Assembly (NCBI GenBank): GCA_938074045.1
Contig: CALJGI010000015.1
Span: 56,019 to 120,018 of the forward strand
Direction: 5' to 3'
Length of the DNA: 64,000 nt
Source of the DNA: an uncultured Halieaceae bacterium
GTDB taxonomy: Bacteria > Pseudomonadota > Gammaproteobacteria > Pseudomonadales > Halieaceae
Made by a program: the position numbers and the translations under genes. This document shows, one piece after another, positions 56,843 to 64,000 of this stretch. The notes below the pieces were generated by a model that worked only from the letters and a program-made list of their open reading frames with translations, had not been told where the DNA came from and did no database searches. The first letter of the stretch is position 1. Each line of letters opens with the position of its first letter.

Positions 56843-59737
56843 ATGAAAACATATATTGCAATTTTCCGAGGGGTTTGTGCCGCCGCACTGGTCGTCTGGA
56901 GCGGGTCTTTGATGGCTTCTACTTATGAACCTTTTGTTGAACCTCTGGCGGCGGAACAACAGCGTCAATACCAGCAAGCAGGTGCGCGGGGTGCGGATGC
57001 TCCCCTGCAACCGCCTCAGGTTCCTCTCACGATAACGGTGCCGTCGGCCGTTGCGTCGACACTCACAGCACTTGACGACTCCGTTACTGATCGTCTGGGT
57101 GCCGTGACGGCGCTGGAGCGGCCGGTTGACCAGAAATTGGACATGCCGTTGCCGCATTTTGGGTATGACCTGTTCAATGTCGTACCGAGCACCTTTGCGC
57201 CGGTTGATAGCATACCAGTGCCGGCTGATTACAAGATCGGCCCTGGTGATACGTTGGTTATCCAACTGTTTGGAAACCGTAATGTTGAATTTACCCTGGT
57301 AGTCACCCGCGATGGTCAGATACTGATCCCTGAATACGGTCCACTGGCGGTAAGTGGGCTAACCTTTGATGAAGCTGAACGGCTGATCGTTGAGGGGTTT
57401 GAGCAGCGGGTTATTGGTGCGAAGGCGGTCGTCTCAATTGGTAAATTGCGCACCATCCAGGTAAGGGTGACTGGTGACGTAAACCAGCCCGGTATCTATA
57501 CCGTGGGCGCTCTGACCACCCTCATCGATGCCCTGATTGTGACGGGCGGAGTAAAGACGACGGGGTCCTTGCGCCGCATTCGGTTATACCGTGGTGATGT
57601 CATGGTCAGTCAGCTCGACTTATACGATCTGCTACTTCGCGGCCACACCAGGGGAGACGCCACACTTCGTCATGGCGACACCATCTTTGTGCCCGCTCTG
57701 GGCCCAGTCGCCTATGTTGCGGGTGAGGTCCAGCGACCCGCTATATACGAGCTGCTAGGCAAAGTTCAGCTGGACTCATTGATCGACATGGCCGGAGGAC
57801 TGCTGCCGGGAGCCTCCCTGACTTCATCTCATATTGAGCGAATCTCAGTTGGTGCAGGCAAGACCATCATTGATCTTGGCTCCATTGGTAAACGTTCTCT
57901 TGAAGATATTACAGTCGTCAATGGTGATCTTCTGCGGGTGCTGCCCAAGGAAGATCGACTGGATAATGTGGTTTTCCTCGAGGGACACGTGCGTCGTCCT
58001 GGTGGTTATCAGTTTCTGGAGCAGATGCGGCTCTCAGAGTTGATCTCAGGTCCAGAGGAATTGCTCCATGGCGCGGATATAGGCTTCGCCGCCATTCGGC
58101 GTGAAAACCCGACCACTCTGCGCACGGAGATAATCTATTTCAAGCCAGAAGAGTTATTTGGAAACCGTGGTGGCGCGCCAGATATTGCGCTCGTTAATCG
58201 CGATGTTGTTATGTTTTTTCGCGCCGCTGAGGCCAGAGAGAAAGTTTTGGCGGGTCTGGTCAAGGAGTTGCGTGAGCAGGCCGGTCACGGCCGACCCCCG
58301 CATACGATCGTTGTCAGTGGCTCGACCAAACATACGGGAACGTTTCCATTGCAAGCGGGAGCGCGATTGCTGGATGTAGTAGCTCTGGCTGGCGGTGTGC
58401 GTAGCGACACCGACCGTGCCTATGTTGTGGTGTCCAGCATGGACGAAGGTGATGACCAACTCTCCATGCGCGCGGTGGATCTTGAAGCGGCTACGCGATT
58501 TCCCGAGCACGATGATAACCTGCTCATTCGCCCGCGAGACAAAATCTATTTCTTTGGCGTGAACTCCGACCGGTCCGCGCTCATGGAGGACGACCTGTAT
58601 ACATTGAGGGAACAAGCAAGGTATGGCGCTGAGGTATTGACTGTGGGTGTGCTGGGTGAGGTATCTGCCCCCGGCACCTATCCTCTTGAGCCCGGCATGC
58701 GGACCAGTGATCTTGTTTGCGCAGCGGGTGGTTTGACCCGAAAGGCTGCTGGACTCAATGCCAGTCTTTCCCGTCACAGCAAGGATGGGCAAAGCCAGAA
58801 GCTGGTAGAGCATATCCAGATCGATATCGTGGCATTACTCAGCTTGTGTGAATATAGATTAGCGGTAAAACGGGGTGATGCCCTTTCGGAGGCACAGCAC
58901 CTCTACATGTCCCGGCTGGCTGAAATGGCTGACGATTATGTGCTGCAACCGATGGATCAGCTGGCGGTTAGTGTCAAGGCAAACTGGGTTGAAAAGTCGG
59001 TCGTGTATCTATCTGGTGAAGTGATTAATCCAGGTTCTTACGTTATTGATCCTGGAGAAACTCTTTGTGAAGTGCTGCAAAGAGCTGGTGGTATTACTAA
59101 TCGCGCTTATCTCCTGGGTGCTGTATTTACCCGTCAATCTGCTCTGGAAATGCAACAAAAAACCATCGAGCAGATACAGGGGCAACTGGATGAGCTAATG
59201 GTTGAGTTGTCGCTTTCTCACTCTGCACGCAACGCAGAAAAGAATGCCGAAAATGTGGGTGACAAGCGGGATTATCTGAACGTCATTAATCAGTTGGAAC
59301 GAGCCAAGCCTACTGGTCGGGTAGTGATTGATCTTGAGGAGCAATTGCGCTGTCGGCGCAAGTCGCAAATGGCGTTGCAAGACGGGGATCGACTGGAAGT
59401 CCCCATTCGACCTGACTTTGTCATGGTTTCCGGACAGGTATACGTGCCGACCAGTCAGCAGTACACGAAGGAAAGAACCGTCGCTGACTATGTAAAGCTC
59501 AGTGGGGGTCACACAGTATTGGGGCGACTTAACGACACATTTGTTATTCAGCCCAATGGTGAAGTATTGAACTATAGCGGAAGACGTCGCTCGTCCTCTA
59601 TTGCGCACAGGCATGTTATGCCCGGCGCCAGAATTTTTGTGCCGCTGAACGTGGATCGAATGAATGCCACTGAGAAGGCGCAGAGCTGGGTTAGCTCGCT
59701 GACGCAGGCAGCTTTGTTGGCGGGGTTGGTGTTGTGA
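56843..59737 (+). CDS. Very large outer-membrane polysaccharide export protein (Wza/OPX family; Poly_export domain plus about seven SLBB repeats)
   Basis: It has a signal peptide MKTYIAIFRGVCAAALVVWSGSLMA and the Poly_export motif YKIGPGDTLVIQLFGN. Iterated G-x-V-x2-PG-x-Y units are present (VTGDVNQPGIYTV, VAGEVQRPAIYEL, LEGHVRRPGGYQF, VSGSTKHTGTFPL, LGEVSAPGTYPL, LSGEVINPGSYVI, VSGQVYVPTSQQY). The C-terminus is hydrophobic (WVSSLTQAALLAGLVL). Confidence 0.8.
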   Translation: MKTYIAIFRGVCAAALVVWSGSLMASTYEPFVEPLAAEQQRQYQQAGARGADAPLQPPQVPLTITVPSAVASTLTALDDSVTDRLGAVTALERPVDQKLDMPLPHFGYDLFNVVPSTFAPVDSIPVPADYKIGPGDTLVIQLFGNRNVEFTLVVTRDGQILIPEYGPLAVSGLTFDEAERLIVEGFEQRVIGAKAVVSIGKLRTIQVRVTGDVNQPGIYTVGALTTLIDALIVTGGVKTTGSLRRIRLYRGDVMVSQLDLYDLLLRGHTRGDATLRHGDTIFVPALGPVAYVAGEVQRPAIYELLGKVQLDSLIDMAGGLLPGASLTSSHIERISVGAGKTIIDLGSIGKRSLEDITVVNGDLLRVLPKEDRLDNVVFLEGHVRRPGGYQFLEQMRLSELISGPEELLHGADIGFAAIRRENPTTLRTEIIYFKPEELFGNRGGAPDIALVNRDVVMFFRAAEAREKVLAGLVKELREQAGHGRPPHTIVVSGSTKHTGTFPLQAGARLLDVVALAGGVRSDTDRAYVVVSSMDEGDDQLSMRAVDLEAATRFPEHDDNLLIRPRDKIYFFGVNSDRSALMEDDLYTLREQARYGAEVLTVGVLGEVSAPGTYPLEPGMRTSDLVCAAGGLTRKAAGLNASLSRHSKDGQSQKLVEHIQIDIVALLSLCEYRLAVKRGDALSEAQHLYMSRLAEMADDYVLQPMDQLAVSVKANWVEKSVVYLSGEVINPGSYVIDPGETLCEVLQRAGGITNRAYLLGAVFTRQSALEMQQKTIEQIQGQLDELMVELSLSHSARNAEKNAENVGDKRDYLNVINQLERAKPTGRVVIDLEEQLRCRRKSQMALQDGDRLEVPIRPDFVMVSGQVYVPTSQQYTKERTVADYVKLSGGHTVLGRLNDTFVIQPNGEVLNYSGRRRSSSIAHRHVMPGARIFVPLNVDRMNATEKAQSWVSSLTQAALLAGLVL

Positions 59738-60678
59738 TGATCAATCACTCAGAGCACTTGGTTGCGCCTCCGACCGCTGCGTTGGAAATAGACCTGTGGC
59801 CCTATGTGGCTGCGCTGTTGGAATCCTGGCGTTTGGTATTGATGGCGGGTGTGCTCGCTGGAGCACTGGCTTATGTTGCTGGACAGATGGCGTCGCCCCT
59901 GTATGAGTCATCAGCGCGAATCAGCGTTGTGGATATCGAGGATCCGGGCGGCGTGTCACCGGATGATCGGCGGGCACCAGAAGTGCTCACCCTGGTGGAG
60001 CATGGATTCATCATGGGTACTACGCGAGATAATTATGACCAGGTGATGTTGGCCCGCTTGCGATCGCGTCAGTTTGCGCAGCTTTTTCTGGACACATTCA
60101 ATATTTATAAGCATATGTTTCCGGAGCATTGGGACAACGTGCAGGACGATTGGAAGAACGGTTTCGAACTGGACCGTGGACTCGCCTTTACAATATTCAG
60201 AGACAGTGTTCGCCTGATCGAGCATGACGAAGAGACCGACATAATCACTGTGAAAATGCAGTGGCCAGATGCGCTCCTGGCAAAAGAATGGGTGAATAAT
60301 TACATCGTTTTATTCAACGACTACATGCGAAAAAAGACTCTTGGCGACGTCGAAAAAAAGCAGAGCTTTCTGATCGAGGAATTGAAGAAGTCGGAGTTGG
60401 TAGATATTGAACGTTCGATATACCGATTGATAGAAGCACAGACTGCGATCGCCATGCTGGCGCATGCGCGCGAGGAATATGTACTGGAAGTCATAGACCC
60501 GGGTGCACTGCCCTACGCGAGCGTGAGTATGTCCCCAAGGAAAAGAGCGCTGTTGGGTTTTATGACCGGCTTGTTGCTGTCTGTTTTCTTCTTGTTTTGC
60601 AAAATCTTATTGATTCGTTTACTGGCGCGTTTTCGCCAACATCAAGAGACCTATCAGGTCGATATTTATGAGAAATGA
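59734..60678 (+). CDS. Wzz-like polysaccharide co-polymerase / chain-length determinant (no kinase domain)
   Basis: It has an N-terminal Wzz motif region with TM1 (WRLVLMAGVLAGALAYVA), a coiled-coil periplasmic region and a C-terminal TM segment (LLGFMTGLLLSVFFLF). It overlaps the exporter stop. Confidence 0.7.
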   Translation: MMINHSEHLVAPPTAALEIDLWPYVAALLESWRLVLMAGVLAGALAYVAGQMASPLYESSARISVVDIEDPGGVSPDDRRAPEVLTLVEHGFIMGTTRDNYDQVMLARLRSRQFAQLFLDTFNIYKHMFPEHWDNVQDDWKNGFELDRGLAFTIFRDSVRLIEHDEETDIITVKMQWPDALLAKEWVNNYIVLFNDYMRKKTLGDVEKKQSFLIEELKKSELVDIERSIYRLIEAQTAIAMLAHAREEYVLEVIDPGALPYASVSMSPRKRALLGFMTGLLLSVFFLFCKILLIRLLARFRQHQETYQVDIYEK

Positions 60679-62254
60679 TATGACACATGCAGCTCTTTAT
60701 GACGAACGTCAGTTTGTTAATTCGCTCGGTATTCCAGTGGATAACCTGACAATGCACGAGGCGGTGGAAGAGGTGATCAAACTCGCCAGACGTAGGGATG
60801 GCAGATCCCGCTGGGTAGCGACTCTGAATGTTGATTTTCTGACCAATTCACTGGGGTTTGGTTTTGCAAAGCCTCGGCACCCCGAACTGCTGGACGTACT
60901 CAGAAACTCGGATCTTGTGACCGCCGACGGATTTCCGATTCTGTGGCTGAGCCGGATGACGGGCCATACCCTCAAACAGCGTGTAACCGGTGCAGATCTT
61001 ATGCCAGCTATCGCAGCGCGTTCCGCTCAAGAAGGCTTGTCTTTGTATTTGTTGGGTGGAGCGCCAGGAAGCGCAGAGGACGCTGCTGCGATTTTGCAGG
61101 AGCAAAATCCCGGCCTGGCGATAGCTGGATGCGCTGCACCATACATTTCAACTTCAGGACCACAGCTGGTCAATTGGTCAGATGATGATGATGCCATAGT
61201 GGAATTGATCAACAGCTCTGGCGCCGATGTTCTCTTTATTGGATTGGGCAATCCCAAGCAGGAACTATGGTTTAGTCGCAACAGGGAACGTTTGAATGTA
61301 CCTGTATCTATGGGTGTGGGTGGCACCTTCGAGTTTATTACCGGGCGGGTAGCTCGAGCGCCCCAGTTGTTGCAACGCTGTAACCTGGAGTGGGCCTATC
61401 GAATAACGAGGGACCCCCAGCGTCTGTGGAAGCGATATGCGGTGGGTGTTGTAAAGCTGACCATACTTGCAGCGCCTCTATTGTGGCTTCGACTTATAGA
61501 TACTTATTACAACCTTGCACATCCGGTGAAAAAGGGTACTGCGGTTTGGAAAACAATCTGGTCTTCGAAAGCCAGATCGATCCAGCTGTGTCGGCTACCT
61601 GCGCAAGTCATTGATGAGCACTTGATGGACATAGTGCGACGCCAGCGTATGCCATTATGTGGAGACAGTCTTTTGTTTATAGACTTTTCGGCGGTTGATC
61701 ATGTCGACCTGGCGGCGCATCATCATTTTTTCCGCCTGGCGGCATTGGCCGGCAGTCCAGGCCGCGATGTGCAATTGTTGGGTGTTTCACCGGATTTACA
61801 GCGTCGATTAGGCGCGAGCCGGTTGATTGATCTGTTTGATTCCTCTGTTGCGGGTGATTCAATTTCCTCGTTGAGAGATCTGAATTCGGCGGATGAATCT
61901 GGTTTTGGATGCTCCAGTTATGTGCTCGAAAGCAGCGCCATCATCTTTCTCAGCGGCAAGGTTACCGGTGCAAGTCTGAACGGGATCGGATTCCAGGAGT
62001 GTTTGTTACAGAACACCAGGCAACGTACATGTGTTCTGGACATGAGGCGGGTTGATGCCGTGGATACGTCGGGGCTGGCTGAGTTGTATGCGGCTTGCGC
62101 AGCTGCAGCCGAGGAAGGCGGCGCCGTGCTAGTTAGTGGGGCTGGAGAACTCACCAGGCAGGCCATGAGAATCTGTGGCCTGGATTGGCCGGTTGAGTTC
62201 ATTGATGATCTGGAAATGTTGTCCTGGATTGTTGGCGAGGCATCTCGTGCCTGA
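60668..62254 (+). CDS. WecB/TagA/CpsF (GT26) glycosyltransferase fused to two C-terminal STAS domains
   Basis: GT26 motifs occupy aa ~20-262 (GIPVDNLTMHEAV, VATLNVDFL, ADGFPILWLSR, YLLGGAPG, GLGNPKQELW, MGVGGTFEFITGRVARAP, EWAYRITRDPQRLWKRY). STAS1 spans aa ~295-395 (LLFIDFSAVDHVDLAA...VQLLGVSPDLQRRL). STAS2 spans aa ~415-520 (CVLDMRRVDAVDTSGLAEL...VLVSGAGELTRQAMRICGL). Confidence 0.75.
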   Translation: MRNDMTHAALYDERQFVNSLGIPVDNLTMHEAVEEVIKLARRRDGRSRWVATLNVDFLTNSLGFGFAKPRHPELLDVLRNSDLVTADGFPILWLSRMTGHTLKQRVTGADLMPAIAARSAQEGLSLYLLGGAPGSAEDAAAILQEQNPGLAIAGCAAPYISTSGPQLVNWSDDDDAIVELINSSGADVLFIGLGNPKQELWFSRNRERLNVPVSMGVGGTFEFITGRVARAPQLLQRCNLEWAYRITRDPQRLWKRYAVGVVKLTILAAPLLWLRLIDTYYNLAHPVKKGTAVWKTIWSSKARSIQLCRLPAQVIDEHLMDIVRRQRMPLCGDSLLFIDFSAVDHVDLAAHHHFFRLAALAGSPGRDVQLLGVSPDLQRRLGASRLIDLFDSSVAGDSISSLRDLNSADESGFGCSSYVLESSAIIFLSGKVTGASLNGIGFQECLLQNTRQRTCVLDMRRVDAVDTSGLAELYAACAAAAEEGGAVLVSGAGELTRQAMRICGLDWPVEFIDDLEMLSWIVGEASRA

Positions 62255-63284
62255 GTCGCTTACTTATGTTGTGCTGCTCAATTACAACAACTGGCGGGAC
62301 ACGGTTGCCTGTTTAAGTTCACTTTTTCACACCTGTGCCGCGAGGATTCGCGTCGTGGTCTGTGACAACGCCTCTAGTGATGGCAGTCTGGCGCGCATTA
62401 AGCAGTGGGCGGATGGGCATTGTGACGTGGCCGACCTGGGTCACCCAAGACTAAATGCGCTGGTTCAGTCGCATGATCAGGGAATCAGGCACGTGGTTCT
62501 GAATAGTGAATTCCTGGCCACTGATAGATCCCGGCATGAAGGCGTACCATTGGTGTTGATTGATAATGGTTGCAACGGTGGTTTTGCCGCCGGATGCAAT
62601 GTGGGCATGCGCTTCGCTCTTCAGCAGCCGGACATGACCCATGTCTGGCTGCTGAACAATGACACCGTGGTGGAACCGGATTGTCTCGCAGCCATGCACC
62701 GACGTCTAGCGCGCAGTGCATCGGACGCCGTGTGTGGTTCCATGATTCATTTTTTCGATCAGCCCGAGATGATTCAGGCCGTGGGTGGAAATCGATTCAA
62801 CCGGTTCACGGGTGCTGCCGCATGCTCGGAAGGCAGGTTTTTGTCGGAGCACCAAGACATTGATATTGAGCGAATAGAGGCAGAGCTGGACTACCTAAGT
62901 GGTTGTTCAATGCTGTTGCCGCGCCGTTTTCTCGATCAGGTCGGATTGATGAGCGAGGACTATTTTCTTTATTACGAGGAAATTGACTGGTTTACCCGCG
63001 CATCCGGGGCCTATGACTGCCGCATTGCCAGAGATGCGCGCCTGTACCATCGTGAGGGTGGTTCCATTGGTTCTCCCGGGTTGGACCGGCCAACCCCTTC
63101 ACTGCTTGCGGACAAACATATTTTTCGCAGCAAGCACATTTTCATGGCACGGTACTACAAACAGCGCCTGATCTGGTGCTACCTGCATACGGCGATAGAG
63201 GGTCTGAAGCGAGTTCTGAAGGGGCAGTTCAGCAATGCCCGGACCGTATTCTCAGTCCTGTCTGAACGTGCCACCGCCGGTTAG
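62247..63284 (+). CDS. Glycosyltransferase family 2 (rhamnosyltransferase-like)
   Basis: It has YVVLLNYNNWRDT, VVCDNASSDGS, NGGFAAGCNVG and LLNNDTVVEPD motifs. I chose GTG 62247, which overlaps the upstream stop by 8 nt. Confidence 0.8.
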   Translation: MPESLTYVVLLNYNNWRDTVACLSSLFHTCAARIRVVVCDNASSDGSLARIKQWADGHCDVADLGHPRLNALVQSHDQGIRHVVLNSEFLATDRSRHEGVPLVLIDNGCNGGFAAGCNVGMRFALQQPDMTHVWLLNNDTVVEPDCLAAMHRRLARSASDAVCGSMIHFFDQPEMIQAVGGNRFNRFTGAAACSEGRFLSEHQDIDIERIEAELDYLSGCSMLLPRRFLDQVGLMSEDYFLYYEEIDWFTRASGAYDCRIARDARLYHREGGSIGSPGLDRPTPSLLADKHIFRSKHIFMARYYKQRLIWCYLHTAIEGLKRVLKGQFSNARTVFSVLSERATAG

Positions 63285-63288
63285 CTCT

Positions 63289-64000
63289 GTGAGCTTTATT
63301 GCGTCAGATGCCGGCCATGCATTACGCGCTTTGAGATTCTCGGTAAGGCTGAGCGAATGGATACCAATGGTGCTTATCTTTCTGTACGTGTTTGCAGGGT
63401 GTCAGGGTGGCAGGTACTACCTGGCAAACCGGCTACAGGAGCTGGGTATATTAAGTGCCATGCTGCTGTTATTGATCGGCGGCTGGCAGGCCATGTACCG
63501 CTTGTCTCTGAGGGAGTGGGCTGCCTGGTGTTTGAAGCCTGTAGCGCTGATGCTGGGCGTGATGGGAATTAGCTCACTGGTGTTTTACTTCAACTACTCG
63601 GGTAATCCGCTGTACAGCTTTTTCTCTGCGCGAGAGGTAATGTTACTGATGGGTGGCCCAGGTATCTATCTGCTGTATCGCAGCGACTTGCCTCTTTCAT
63701 GTATTGAAAGAGCGATATACACCGGGTTGCTGGCGCTCATGCTGAACTACCTGTTCTTCTACTACACCATGGATTTAAAGGCAGCCTTTTTCTCCAGTGA
63801 TCACACCGTGAGCAACTTGGTCACCTACGACGAGTGGCGGGGCTTCCGGCTGAAGCCGCCACTGTTTGCCGTCATGGTCGTGTTACTCAGTGCGCTCATG
63901 GCGATGCTGCAGGGCGGCAAAGGTTGGTTGAGGTGGCTGTCTGTGCTGGCTTTCAGCGCGGCCTGCTACATCTGGTCCATCGTTTTGTTTCGATCGATAT
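63289..64000 (+). CDS. Polytopic membrane protein, probable polysaccharide polymerase (Wzy/O-antigen-ligase-like); 3' end outside window
   Basis: I translated this frame by hand and it is open from 63289 to 64000 with no stop. It is absent from the ORF track because it has no stop in the window. The sequence is highly hydrophobic (VLIFLYVFAG..., LLLLIGGWQAMY..., LMLGVMGISSLVFYF...). The start is GTG 63289, TTG 63331 or ATG 63367. Confidence 0.6.
   Translation, partial: MSFIASDAGHALRALRFSVRLSEWIPMVLIFLYVFAGCQGGRYYLANRLQELGILSAMLLLLIGGWQAMYRLSLREWAAWCLKPVALMLGVMGISSLVFYFNYSGNPLYSFFSAREVMLLMGGPGIYLLYRSDLPLSCIERAIYTGLLALMLNYLFFYYTMDLKAAFFSSDHTVSNLVTYDEWRGFRLKPPLFAVMVVLLSALMAMLQGGKGWLRWLSVLAFSAACYIWSIVLFRSI

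Noticed and set aside
63357-63572. 71-aa ORF listed in the track downstream of GT2
   Set aside because: It is in the wrong frame. The +1-shifted frame is open from 63289 to the window end and encodes a strongly hydrophobic Wzy-like protein.
1-64000. Search for CRISPR arrays, tRNA/rRNA genes, IS elements, integrases, toxin-antitoxin or phage-defence modules
   Set aside because: By eye I saw no spaced direct-repeat array, no cloverleaf-like or rRNA-like segment in the intergenic regions, and no transposase, integrase, nuclease or helicase-type ORF. The scan was not exhaustive, so tRNAscan, Infernal, ISfinder and DefenseFinder runs would be needed to confirm this.

Overview
This 64-kb chromosomal window comes from a Gram-negative bacterium, shown by a TonB-dependent receptor, an RND pump and a Wza-type exporter. 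Gene content looks like a marine gammaproteobacterium. I found no rRNA, tRNA, CRISPR, integrase or transposase. Positions 1-47,300 are GC-rich housekeeping and catabolic genes. They comprise a TonB receptor 3' end, an M50 protease, a GAF protein with a degenerate GGDEF domain, an RND pair, an enolase-superfamily/Zn-ADH/MBL block, and an ABC ATPase + GldF/GldG-fusion + DUF4340 operon. They also hold cystathionine beta-synthase and gamma-lyase, a PRTase/SSS-transporter/TlpA operon, a DUF35/thiolase pair, a frameshifted MAPEG gene, gdhA, a WS/DGAT wax-ester synthase with a histone-H1-like tail, and a paired acyl-CoA dehydrogenase operon followed by several DUF genes. LysR, GST and Fe-ADH genes complete this part. 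From about 47,330 to the window end the sequence is visibly more AT-rich and looks accessory. It holds an LruC/GEVED secreted protein plus a lipoprotein, then a Wzx/Wzy-type polysaccharide locus running off the window. The locus encodes a priming sugar transferase, a DUF6492-like protein, GT4, a flippase, a sulfotransferase, a giant multi-SLBB Wza-like exporter, a kinase-less Wzz/PCP, a GT26 fused to two STAS domains, GT2 and a Wzy-like protein. The most interesting signal is that this locus appears to be driven by sigma-54 promoters. There are two strong -24/-12 matches in the divergent intergenic region, one weaker match at the exporter gene, and a shared TGCAWWWTGCAA motif upstream. It also contains a Rosetta-stone-like GT26-STAS-STAS fusion. 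This recalls the Vibrio fischeri syp system, but the architecture is different and the product is probably sulfated. A second candidate novelty is a cysteine-rich lipoprotein that combines a PSCyt1-like cytochrome-c-type motif with a ligand pattern resembling PHM/DBH-type copper monooxygenases. All family assignments rest on motif recognition by eye and none was confirmed by a search.
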